Source: Sphingobacteriales bacterium (GTDB lineage: Bacteria > Bacteroidota > Bacteroidia > Chitinophagales > Chitinophagaceae). Taken from it: a DNA stretch of 64,000 bases. The number at the start of each line of letters is the position of its first letter. Position 1 is the first letter of the stretch. Under the pieces are notes generated by a model. That model ran no database searches. It had not been told where the DNA came from and worked only from the letters and a program-made list of their open reading frames with translations. This document shows, piece after piece, positions 36,260 to 45,039 of the stretch. A program made the translations under genes and the position numbers. The stretch spans positions 11,017-75,016 of the forward strand of contig JAHEBJ010000007.1 in the NCBI GenBank assembly GCA_024642285.1, given 5' to 3'.

Positions 36260-37144
36260 ATGAAAAAAAAATGGATTACTATTAAGAAGATATTCTTCTG
36301 GATATTTATAATACATGTCAGCTGGTTCCTGGTATTTATTTTTCAGAAATTTTCGGTTGCCGGTTTCGCGGTAACCAACCTGCAGACAAAAATGCTGATC
36401 GTTGCCGGAGTTGTAATTGCCGCCGGGTTGATCTACTATTTTTTATTACGGAAAATCAAATGGATAAGAGGAGTTGCGGTTGTCATCAGGGAATTGTTTT
36501 TTATCGGATACATTTCTTCTATGCTTTACCTGTTGCTGGGACTGATTTTTAATCCGCCGGTTACTTTAACTCAGGTTGGTAGTATTGTGCAAGGTTATGG
36601 GTTGAACAGAGATTATGTTTCTTATTATAACATGGGACCCAATATTAAACTGGCAGTAATAGCCAGCGAAGACCAGCTCTTTCCTGATCATGATGGCTTT
36701 GATATTAAAGCCATAAAGGTGGCAATGAAGTACAATAAAAGGCATCCAACAAAACAACGGGGAGGCAGCACGATCAGCCAGCAAACAGCTAAAAATGTTT
36801 TTCTGTTTCAGGGCGGTGGATTTTTAAGAAAAGGGGCTGAAGTGTTCTTTACTTTTTCTATTGAACAGGCCTGGACCAAGCGAACGATACTGGAACGCTA
36901 TTTAAATATTGCTGAAATGGGGCCAGGTATTTTTGGTGTACAGGCAGCGGCAAAAAAATATTTTAATAAGGATGCAAAAGATCTCACACGTGCTGAAGCC
37001 GCCCAAATTGCCGCCTGTCTGCCAAGCCCTAAAAGATATATAGTAAAACCGGCGAGCAGGTATGTTGCAGGAAGGGCGGCAAATATTTTAAGGCAAATGA
37101 ATAACCTGGCAGGTGATGCTGACGTGCAGGCGATCATCAAATGA
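36260..37144 (+). CDS. mtgA: Monofunctional peptidoglycan transglycosylase (GT51)
   Basis: EDQLFPDHDGFD, GGSTISQQTAKN, RKGAE, YLNIAEMG. Confidence 0.92.
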   Translation: MKKKWITIKKIFFWIFIIHVSWFLVFIFQKFSVAGFAVTNLQTKMLIVAGVVIAAGLIYYFLLRKIKWIRGVAVVIRELFFIGYISSMLYLLLGLIFNPPVTLTQVGSIVQGYGLNRDYVSYYNMGPNIKLAVIASEDQLFPDHDGFDIKAIKVAMKYNKRHPTKQRGGSTISQQTAKNVFLFQGGGFLRKGAEVFFTFSIEQAWTKRTILERYLNIAEMGPGIFGVQAAAKKYFNKDAKDLTRAEAAQIAACLPSPKRYIVKPASRYVAGRAANILRQMNNLAGDADVQAIIK

Positions 37145-37669
37145 TTATGTCAAAGCATCAACAGCTTTTATTGCTTTTTCTAAACGTTGTTCATAGTCGC
37201 CACTTATATCAACCCACGGCACGTGCTGGTTAACGAGTAAATCTTTATAATGATAATATAATTTCTGGCGTTTTTTCAGATCGGGGTATTCTCTAAGTTC
37301 ATCTTTAACCCATGGCAGATCAATATTACAAAGCAGGTACAGATCATATTTTCTTTCTGCAATACGATTAAGGATCCAGTGATGACATTTATTAAAGACA
37401 AATTCACACCAAACTTTCATTACATGCATGTCGGTATCGATAAATAATTTTGAATCAGAAAGAGTAAGTTGTTTTGAATATTTTTCTTCCAAAGCAATCT
37501 GTCCTTTAGCAATATCTATAAGGTCTTCAAAATTATAATCTGTTCCGTTCTTTAAAAGATACTCCCTGGCATATTCCTCAACCCAGATTGTATTGTAGTG
37601 AGCAGCAAGTTGAGTACAAAGCGTGCTCTTGCCGGTAGATTCGGGTCCTATGATAACAATTTTTTTCAA
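37145..37669 (-). CDS. NadR-like P-loop kinase (ribosylnicotinamide kinase-type, AAA_28)
   Basis: GPESTGKST Walker A, EYAREY, FIDTD, LPWVKDELRE; same operon as pnuC. Confidence 0.85.
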   Translation of the reverse strand: MKKIVIIGPESTGKSTLCTQLAAHYNTIWVEEYAREYLLKNGTDYNFEDLIDIAKGQIALEEKYSKQLTLSDSKLFIDTDMHVMKVWCEFVFNKCHHWILNRIAERKYDLYLLCNIDLPWVKDELREYPDLKKRQKLYYHYKDLLVNQHVPWVDISGDYEQRLEKAIKAVDALT

Positions 37670-37851
37670 GATTTGTTTTTACGGTAGTCGTATAGATCCA
37701 TAGCCAGAATAGAACCAACAGCAACAATTAATACGATGGTCACAAACTTATCTAATGGGTCATTCGTTTTAAAAATAAACCAGCTTAACAACAGCGTCAC
37801 CAAAAATATACCTTTCAAAACGATCGAATTTTTTTTATTGAAAAATTTCAT
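37666..37851 (-). CDS. Small two-TM membrane protein, 61 aa
   Basis: Two hydrophobic segments; 4-nt start/stop overlaps with both neighbours. Confidence 0.65.
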   Translation of the reverse strand: MKFFNKKNSIVLKGIFLVTLLLSWFIFKTNDPLDKFVTIVLIVAVGSILAMDLYDYRKNKS

Positions 37852-38033
37852 GGTTTGTCGCTATTACTTTTGTATCTGGTAAGATCAATAATAAAACTAA
37901 CTACAAAAATTGTGAGCATTGCAAAGCGCAGCCATCTTCTGAAACTGTCCTCAGTTGGGTAGGCAAAAACTATAAGCGTAAACAAAAGGATCAAAACCCC
38001 TTTAACGATCAACCATGTTTTTCTACTTTTCAT
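37848..38033 (-). CDS. Small two-TM membrane protein, 61 aa
   Basis: Two hydrophobic segments; overlaps the tag stop and the next start. Confidence 0.65.
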   Translation of the reverse strand: MKSRKTWLIVKGVLILLFTLIVFAYPTEDSFRRWLRFAMLTIFVVSFIIDLTRYKSNSDKP

Positions 38034-38571
38034 TCCACATTGGTTTTGCTTTAATTACTTTTTTAAAGACCGGACAGTTTTTGTCGTGTGCACTAGAAAG
38101 ATAACCTGCACTAACTATAAATTCATTTACAATTTCACCGCCGGTGAATGTAAAAGTTTTTTTGAAAAGCTTTGTCCACTCTTCTCTTGATTTTGGGTGA
38201 TGATATGCCAGCCATTCTTTAAAAGAACCAAATTCTTTTTGCAGGGCAAGAATGGAATTAGCATTTTCAATAGCTGCATTTATTTTAAGCCGGTTGCGTA
38301 TGATACCGGCATCGTTCATCAGCCTATCAAAATCTTTTTCTTTATAAGCAGCAACTTTTTTTATGTTAAAGTTGTGATACGCCTTTCTGAATCCTTCCTG
38401 TTTGTTAAGAATGGTGGTCCAGCTAAGGCCCGCCTGGTTTATCTCTAAGATCAGCCTGCAGAACAATTCATTATCATTGTCAATTGGAAAACCATATTGG
38501 GTATCGTGATAAATTTTGTGAACGGATTGTTCCGCCGACTTCATGTTATTGATTGCTTTGCAGTAACTCAT
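38023..38571 (-). CDS. tag: DNA-3-methyladenine glycosylase I
   Basis: YHD.QYG, LEINQAGLSW, GIIRNRLKI, FTFTGGEI, Zn ligands (C, H, H, C); start MSYC at 38571 preferred. Confidence 0.92.
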   Translation of the reverse strand: MSYCKAINNMKSAEQSVHKIYHDTQYGFPIDNDNELFCRLILEINQAGLSWTTILNKQEGFRKAYHNFNIKKVAAYKEKDFDRLMNDAGIIRNRLKINAAIENANSILALQKEFGSFKEWLAYHHPKSREEWTKLFKKTFTFTGGEIVNEFIVSAGYLSSAHDKNCPVFKKVIKAKPMWNEK

Positions 38572-39193
38572 TTTGTTGATTCGCTTTTTTTCTCCATTCA
38601 ATTAAACCCGAAACGGCCATAACCAAAAGTATTAAATAATACACACTGGTAAATACATAGTGCTTTACAAAATACAACGGAATGGATGCAACATTTGTTG
38701 CTATCCACCAGTACCAGCTTTCTACTTTCTTTTTTACCATCAGCCACATGCCGGTAAATGCTGCGGCTGATGCCAGGGCGTCGGCCCAGGGGATTACGCC
38801 CTCAAAAAATTCCGATTTAAAATAAGTAAGACCAGCAAAAATGTTGATGTAAAAAAACGAGAAGAAAGCGATCTGTTGTATCCATCCTTTTTTGTTAGAG
38901 TAAGTGATATGCAGAATAATTTGTTTTCGCTGGTCTTTACGTGTCCACAAATACCAGCCCGAAATACTCATCACGGTGTAATAAAAATTAACCATGGCCT
39001 CACCAAGCAGGTGTCCTTTAAAACTTATATAGATATAGATGATCGTATTGATCAGGCCAACGGGATACACCAGCACTTTTTCGGCACGTGAAAACCAAAC
39101 GCTAGCAATACCGGCAAATACAGCAACATACTCATACCATGTGGTGTGCTGCATATCGATTATAAACTGCTGATAAATTTCTGCTAAACTCAA
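38546..39193 (-). CDS. pnuC: Nicotinamide riboside transporter
   Basis: YPVGLIN, DALASA, KKVESWYWW, GLIEW; multi-TM. Confidence 0.88.
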   Translation of the reverse strand: MSLAEIYQQFIIDMQHTTWYEYVAVFAGIASVWFSRAEKVLVYPVGLINTIIYIYISFKGHLLGEAMVNFYYTVMSISGWYLWTRKDQRKQIILHITYSNKKGWIQQIAFFSFFYINIFAGLTYFKSEFFEGVIPWADALASAAAFTGMWLMVKKKVESWYWWIATNVASIPLYFVKHYVFTSVYYLILLVMAVSGLIEWRKKANQQNELLQSNQ

Positions 39194-39822
39194 TCAGTTG
39201 GGTTTTTATTTTGGTAAAATCGTAAAGGCCGAAGATAACGGATTCCTTTTTTGGTTTGAAAGCGGGTGCCGGTTTGTTTCCACTTGCCATCTTTATCAAA
39301 TCGCCAAACCAAAAAATGCAAATGAGGTAAAAAAGTATATCCGGTTTTTCCGCTTGATGCAATAACCTGGCCTTGTTTTACGGTATCGCCTACGGCTGGC
39401 AAAATTGAATTGTATTGCAGATGCCAATACCCGGTCCGGCTGCTGTCGGTATGCTGTATAATAATATAGTTTCCATCCTGCCTGTATTTGCGGTTTCCGC
39501 CGCCACGGTTTCCATCTTCTTTTAAACGAATAACCACACCGCCTCTTGCTGCGCAGATCTTTGTTCCTTTCTTCATTTTAAAATCGAGAGCAGCCCGGTG
39601 CTTATGCGTATACGGGCTGAAATAACCCTGTATCAGAAAAAAGGATTTGTTCTCTTCGTAAGGAAGACGATAAATAAAACTGGTATCATCTTTAAGTTTC
39701 CCTTTTTGCAGGAGTTTGAATTGCATGCGTTGGGGATTGTTGCTGACGGTGCAACTGCCCAAAGAAGCAAATATCAGAAAACAAATAAATGATATGACGG
39801 AAATCGATTTCAAATTATACAA
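39190..39822 (-). CDS. M23 family metallopeptidase lipoprotein
   Basis: LGS-C lipobox; HRAALD, YWHL, PHLHF. Confidence 0.85.
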   Translation of the reverse strand: MYNLKSISVISFICFLIFASLGSCTVSNNPQRMQFKLLQKGKLKDDTSFIYRLPYEENKSFFLIQGYFSPYTHKHRAALDFKMKKGTKICAARGGVVIRLKEDGNRGGGNRKYRQDGNYIIIQHTDSSRTGYWHLQYNSILPAVGDTVKQGQVIASSGKTGYTFLPHLHFLVWRFDKDGKWKQTGTRFQTKKGIRYLRPLRFYQNKNPTD

Positions 39823-39850
39823 TTCAATTTAGCATCCTTTGATCAAACTA

Positions 39851-39880
39851 AAAAAGCATCCCGTTAGCAGGATGCTTTTT
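39851..39880. terminator. Intrinsic terminator after nfuA
   Basis: AAAAAGCATCC-CGTTAGCA-GGATGCTTTTT. Confidence 0.75.
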
Positions 39881-39899
39881 TAATATTCTTAGAAATAAA

Positions 39900-40499
39900 T
39901 TATTCCGCTTCTGCAACTACTTCTTTCACTTCAGGAATCATTCTCTTCATCATGCCTTCGATACCCGCTTTTAAAGTGATCATCGAAGAAGGACAGCCGC
40001 TGCAAGAACCCTGCATCATCAAATTAACTGTACCATCTTCGTAGCTTTTAAATTGTATAGCACCGCCATCCATTTCAACAGCAGGTTTAACATAATTCTC
40101 AAGTAGTTCTTTAATGCGTTTTACAACATCATCATCATCGGCACTTATTACATTACTGCTTTCTGGTTTCATCGCTGCCACTTCTTCGTCATTCACCACA
40201 ACCTTTCCTTCTTCCAGGTATTCTTTTAAAAACTGTTTAATGGAAGGGATTACATCCTGCCAGTCTTCAGTATCGCTGGTTTTGGTGAGGGTGATAAAAT
40301 TACTGGCTATAAAAACTGCTTTTATAAAAGGGAAAGTAAATAGTTCCTGAGCCAACGGAGATGGCTTTGCACTTGCTTCATCAGCAAAATCAATACTCTT
40401 GCCGGGATACAACAGTTTGTTTGCCACAAACTTCATCGTTTCGGGGTTAGGTGTCATCTCGGTATAAATGCTGATAACCGGGTTTCCTGTTTTAATCAT
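39900..40499 (-). CDS. NfuA/NifU-family Fe-S carrier (scaffold N-terminal + NifU C-terminal)
   Basis: TPNPETMKF, SPLAQELF, PAVEMDGG, GSCSGCPSS. Confidence 0.9.
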   Translation of the reverse strand: MIKTGNPVISIYTEMTPNPETMKFVANKLLYPGKSIDFADEASAKPSPLAQELFTFPFIKAVFIASNFITLTKTSDTEDWQDVIPSIKQFLKEYLEEGKVVVNDEEVAAMKPESSNVISADDDDVVKRIKELLENYVKPAVEMDGGAIQFKSYEDGTVNLMMQGSCSGCPSSMITLKAGIEGMMKRMIPEVKEVVAEAE

Positions 40500-40610
40500 A
40501 ATACTGTATTTAAAAATTCAACTACAAAACTAACAAGAATTGCGCTGTTTTGGTTTGAAATAGCTGTTAAAAGGGAGATTTTTCGGATTTCGAAAGGGAA
40601 GGTTGCCTCC

Positions 40611-40675
40611 AGAAAACGCTGAATACACAGAAAATATCTTCATCTGTATCATTTGCTCTCTCTGCAGCAAAATTT
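40611..40675. repeat. Degenerate copy of the CACAGA-type palindrome
   Basis: ACGCTGAATACACAGAAA ... ATCTGTATC ... TCTGC resembles the 28035-28126 element. Confidence 0.4.
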
Positions 40676-40676
40676 G

Positions 40677-41363
40677 TTAAATGGATCTAGAAATAATCTG
40701 GTTTGCTTCCGATTTTAATTTGCCAAATAATTCATCTTCAATTTTATCAAACTCAGGTTTGGGATATGTTTTTACAAAACAACCGTTTTCTAATAAGTGA
40801 ATATAATCGCAGGTTGTATGTAAAGGTTCAATAATATGCGATGAAACAAATACTGTCTTTTGTTTTTGCTTCAAAGATTTAATAATTATTTCGAGCACTT
40901 TATTGGTTTCCAGGTCAAGCCCGTTAAACGGTTCGTCGAGAATAAAAATTGACTTATCCTGTTTTAACACGGCAAGCAGCGCTAATTTTTTCTTCATGCC
41001 GGTAGAATAATTTTCTATCAGTTCATCTAATGGCAATTTAAAATATTCCTGCAAAGCTGCTAGGTTATAGTCGGCATTCGTCTGTTTAAAAATTTTCAAA
41101 TACTCATTGCCCGTTATTCTTGAAAAGAAAAAATTATTGGTTTCAAGATAAGCTGTGTCTTTAATGGTAAGTGCTGTGCCACTCTGATTAACCGTGCCGG
41201 TATTTGGTTTTAATATTTTAGCTAAAACATTAAAAAAAGTTGTTTTTCCAGCTCCATTCAGTCCTACAATGCCATGTACGAGGCCGTGCTCAAAATCAAT
41301 ATCGATATTTTTTAAAACCTCATGATCGTTAAAACTTACTGTCAGGTCCTGTATATTAATCAT
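40677..41363 (-). CDS. ABC transporter ATP-binding protein
   Basis: GLNGAGKTT, YSTGMKKK, LDEPFNGLD, SSH. Confidence 0.9.
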   Translation of the reverse strand: MINIQDLTVSFNDHEVLKNIDIDFEHGLVHGIVGLNGAGKTTFFNVLAKILKPNTGTVNQSGTALTIKDTAYLETNNFFFSRITGNEYLKIFKQTNADYNLAALQEYFKLPLDELIENYSTGMKKKLALLAVLKQDKSIFILDEPFNGLDLETNKVLEIIIKSLKQKQKTVFVSSHIIEPLHTTCDYIHLLENGCFVKTYPKPEFDKIEDELFGKLKSEANQIISRSI

Positions 41364-42294
41364 GTAAATAGGGGTTTAAATTTTTCTCTGCCTTATAAAA
41401 ATAAACAATTGAAAGAATAACCGGAATGGGTAAGAAATAAGGCATGGCCGATAGAATAGCAATTATAGAGAATGCGATATTATTGCCAAGCTGATTGATT
41501 TGTGGTTTGTAAGTAGCGTATTTTAAACTGATAGCAAAACAAAGTAAGGCAATCTGCGTAGGTATAAATAATAGGATTATCAGCAAAAACTCTTGTACAA
41601 AAATGGCGTTAATTATTATGGGCAAGCTGTACAAAATAAGTATATACTTGATGTTTACTTTTAGTTTGTCCAATAGAAGTCTTCGGGCGGTTTTATTCCC
41701 TTCTCTTAAAATATAAATTGGTTCATTTTCCTGGAAGAAAGACGCAATCATAATGGTTAAAAACCACAGTAAAAATAAGGGGAGAATTCGTACCCATGAA
41801 AACCCTAATACAACCAGGTATAGACTAATAAAAAAAATATGCTGTTTTCTTATTCCACTGATCCACTCAAAGTTTGAAGCCGATATGAGGGCAGAAAGAT
41901 TTTTAAGAACAGCCTTACGCTTGAACTGCAATTTTAAAAGAGAGATGCCGGATAATATCAGTAATAACAAAGGAAAGCAAAACCAATTTTTTGTAATGAT
42001 GCTTGATATTGAAAAGGGCAGGGTTAGCAGCGCATACTCTGAAAATATATGCAAGTAGGGTTTCTCAAGCTGTTTATAAATAAAGGGTTTGTCTTTACGG
42101 GAATAATGAATGGTTAGGCAAGCTGCCGACATTAAAACAACCAGCCACCATGCCTGCTCACTGTTTTCATACTGATTAAAAGCAAGGTAAGAAAAGAGCA
42201 AAGCAATGGCTACAAAAATAATCAGGTATAAACCAAGTCCATCTATTTCTCTTTTAATTTGTTTAAGCCTGATATATAAAAGCGGATTAATCAT
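41356..42294 (-). CDS. Putative ABC exporter permease
   Basis: 312 aa, about 8 TMs, overlaps the ATPase start by 8 nt. Confidence 0.7.
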   Translation of the reverse strand: MINPLLYIRLKQIKREIDGLGLYLIIFVAIALLFSYLAFNQYENSEQAWWLVVLMSAACLTIHYSRKDKPFIYKQLEKPYLHIFSEYALLTLPFSISSIITKNWFCFPLLLLILSGISLLKLQFKRKAVLKNLSALISASNFEWISGIRKQHIFFISLYLVVLGFSWVRILPLFLLWFLTIMIASFFQENEPIYILREGNKTARRLLLDKLKVNIKYILILYSLPIIINAIFVQEFLLIILLFIPTQIALLCFAISLKYATYKPQINQLGNNIAFSIIAILSAMPYFLPIPVILSIVYFYKAEKNLNPYLHD

Positions 42295-42297
42295 CAG

Positions 42298-44652
42298 CTA
42301 ATCTACAATCCTCAGTTTTGCATAATTCAACATAATCTTCTTTTCGCCGTTCAAATCAAAATTCACTGTTGCGATTGGATTATGTGCAGCGCCTTCCATT
42401 TTCATCACTTCGCCAAAGCCAAATTTCATATGCTCTACTTTAGCACCAACTTGTAAGTTGCTGGTATCGCTTGGTTCAAAATTTTCGGTTGGTGTATGTT
42501 CAACAGCTTTTGTTGTTGCAGGTTTGGAGTAAAATGTATCGACAGGTTTTTTTGCCGGAGGAGCTCCATATTGTTTTTCGGCACGCTTGGCTGCATCCCA
42601 GCTGCTACCGCCACCAAAATTTCGCTGCATACGTTCTCTTGCCCCCCCCTGATTCCAGCCATTGCCACTGGTGGCGCCGCCTGCATAACTTTTATCTACA
42701 TAATCTTCCGATATCTCTTCCAGAAAACGGCTGGGATCATTTTGTTGCAGCTGACCAAAGCGGTAACGTGCATTGGAATAACTTAACCATAACCTGTTTT
42801 TTGCCCGGGTAATAGCAACATAAAATAGACGACGCTCTTCTTCCAATTCTTCTCTTGTGTTTATCGACATGGCATTCGGGAAAAGCGTTTCCTCCAGTCC
42901 GCCAACAAATACAACCGGAAACTCCAGCCCTTTGGCCGCATGTATCGTCATCAGTTTTACCACATCATCATTTCCTTTTTCATCATCGGCATCAGTCAAT
43001 AAAACGATTTGCTGCAGATAAGCACCCAGACTTTTATCGCCTACTTCGCCATCTTCTTCATTGGATGGTGTTTCGGTAAACTCTTTAATGGAGTTTAATA
43101 ATTCCTGAACGTTTTCGTAACGTGCAAGGCCTTCGGTTGTTTTATCGTTGAATAATTCTTTTACAATATTTGTGCTCTTGCCTACAATGACCGCCAGATC
43201 ATACGCATTCTTTTTTTCAAGTTCGCTGCGGAACATTTTAATCATCGTAACAAAATTATCAATCGCTTCAAGCGTACCGCTGCGGTAGCCATACATACCT
43301 GCGTTGCTGATGATATCCCACATAGTGAGATTATTCTCATTGGCATATAAGACAGCTTTATCAACCGTTGTTTTACCTATGCCTCTTGTTGGAAAATTAA
43401 TGATTCGCTTTAAAGCTTCTTCATCTTTTGGGTTAACAACCAGGCGCAGGTAAGCAATAAAATCTTTTACTTCCTTACGTTGGTAAAAACTCATGCCACC
43501 ATAAATGCGGTAGGCAATTCCCATGCGGCGCAAAGCTTCTTCAAAACTGCGGCTCTGCGCATTGGTACGGTACAGGATGGCAAAATCTTTATTGTAATAA
43601 TGATTGCGGAGTTTTTGTTCCTGAATGGTATCGGCCACCATTTTTCCTTCGTCATTATCTGTCATCGTACGGACTAAGGAAATTTTTTCTCCTTCATCAT
43701 TAATGGTAAATAATTTCTTTTCTATTTGTCCCTTGTTGTTGGCGATGATCTCGTTTGCAACGTGAAGGATGTTTTGAGTGCTGCGGTAATTTTGTTCCAG
43801 CTTTACCACTTTTACCTCATCGTAATCTTTTTGAAACTGTAAAATATTTTCGATAGTGGCACCGCGGAAACTGTAAATACTTTGTGCATCATCTCCTACC
43901 ACGCAAACATTTTCATGCATGGCACCAAGTAGTTTTATGATTTCGTATTGCGCTGTGTTGGTATCCTGGTACTCATCAATCATTATGTATTTAAACTTAC
44001 GCTGGTACTTGCTTAACGCTTCCGGAAAATTCTTTAGCAGGATATACATTTTTATAAGCAGGTCATCAAAATCCATAGCCCCGTTTTTAAAACAGCGCTT
44101 TACATAGGCATCGTATATCTGCCCGATGGCGGGGCGGTTTGCCCGGTTATCTTCCTGTTGCAGGGCCCAGTCATTATTATATTCTGCCGGACCAATCAAC
44201 GCATTTTTTGCAGATGAAATTCGGTTATAAACCACATTGGGTTTATAGTGTTTATCATCTAGTGCCAGTTCGTTGATGACAGTTTTTACAACACTCTTAG
44301 CATCATCGGTATCGTAAATCGTAAAGTTTGACGGGTAACCCAGTTTACCTGCTTCGGCCCTTAATATTCTTGCAAACACGCTGTGAAAAGTACCAATGTA
44401 TAAATTGCGGGCTTCGGTGTTGCCCAAAATCCGTTCAACTCTTTCCTTCATTTCGGCAGCCGCCTTATTGGTAAAAGTTAGTGCCAGTATATTAAAGCTG
44501 TCAATTTTATGGGCAGCCATTAAATGCGTGATACGTGTGGTAAGTACTTTTGTTTTGCCGCTGCCAGCGCCTGCAATGATCATGATCGGTCCGTTAACGT
44601 GTGCTACTGCTTCCCGTTGCGGTTCGTTCAATTCATCTAAATAATTAGTCAT
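42298..44652 (-). CDS. uvrD: ATP-dependent DNA helicase UvrD/PcrA
   Basis: AGAGSGKT, TFTNKAA, DEYQD, VGDDAQSIYSFRGA, YRTNAQSR, TIHAAKGLEF, EERRLFYVAITRA, C-terminal Tudor-like domain. Confidence 0.95.
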   Translation of the reverse strand: MTNYLDELNEPQREAVAHVNGPIMIIAGAGSGKTKVLTTRITHLMAAHKIDSFNILALTFTNKAAAEMKERVERILGNTEARNLYIGTFHSVFARILRAEAGKLGYPSNFTIYDTDDAKSVVKTVINELALDDKHYKPNVVYNRISSAKNALIGPAEYNNDWALQQEDNRANRPAIGQIYDAYVKRCFKNGAMDFDDLLIKMYILLKNFPEALSKYQRKFKYIMIDEYQDTNTAQYEIIKLLGAMHENVCVVGDDAQSIYSFRGATIENILQFQKDYDEVKVVKLEQNYRSTQNILHVANEIIANNKGQIEKKLFTINDEGEKISLVRTMTDNDEGKMVADTIQEQKLRNHYYNKDFAILYRTNAQSRSFEEALRRMGIAYRIYGGMSFYQRKEVKDFIAYLRLVVNPKDEEALKRIINFPTRGIGKTTVDKAVLYANENNLTMWDIISNAGMYGYRSGTLEAIDNFVTMIKMFRSELEKKNAYDLAVIVGKSTNIVKELFNDKTTEGLARYENVQELLNSIKEFTETPSNEEDGEVGDKSLGAYLQQIVLLTDADDEKGNDDVVKLMTIHAAKGLEFPVVFVGGLEETLFPNAMSINTREELEEERRLFYVAITRAKNRLWLSYSNARYRFGQLQQNDPSRFLEEISEDYVDKSYAGGATSGNGWNQGGARERMQRNFGGGSSWDAAKRAEKQYGAPPAKKPVDTFYSKPATTKAVEHTPTENFEPSDTSNLQVGAKVEHMKFGFGEVMKMEGAAHNPIATVNFDLNGEKKIMLNYAKLRIVD

Positions 44653-44699
44653 GCAGCGAAGTTACGAATGCTGTCTGCAGTATTTTCATTCTTTTTGAT

Positions 44700-44907
44700 T
44701 TAAAGAGTAAGCGATAGAGTTTTTACTACACTAAAAGGATTCCCCCTGCTGCAACAAATTGTTTTTTTATTCTGATGTTTATCTCCGTTTTTCAATATCC
44801 TTTTATAAATCATTATCACGAACCACCATGACTGTTGTGCAGCATGTTCACATGTATTTAATCAACAGCTCAAAGTGCTTGCATTCAATGGCTTTGATTT
44901 TTTTCAT
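44700..44907 (-). pseudogene. Candidate ~68-aa small ORF interrupted by a +1 frameshift
   Basis: ATG44907 gives MKKIKAIECKHFELLIKYM*; shifting one base at ATTAAAT continues TCEHAAQQSWWFVIMIYKRILKNGDKHQNKKTICCSRGNPFSVVKTLSLTL* ending at 44700. Confidence 0.4.
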
Positions 44908-45039
44908 TTTATGAAGAGTTAACAATTTGGAAATATAGATAGTCTAGTTTTGGAAGATTACAAATAGATATATGTGAATAAAAAAGGGGGGTTTTACATC
45001 CCGTATTACCACTTTGAGGTATTGTTTGATTCAAAAAAC

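Noticed and set aside
44637-44648. CTAA-ATAA-TTAG at the start of uvrD as a second SOS box
   Set aside because: Spacer is 4 nt, not 5, and it lies within codons 2-5 of the gene
44980-45003. GGGGGGTTTTACATCCC hairpin as a minus-strand terminator/attenuator for the frameshifted sORF
   Set aside because: The stem is weak and depends on a G-U pair that becomes a mismatch on the minus strand
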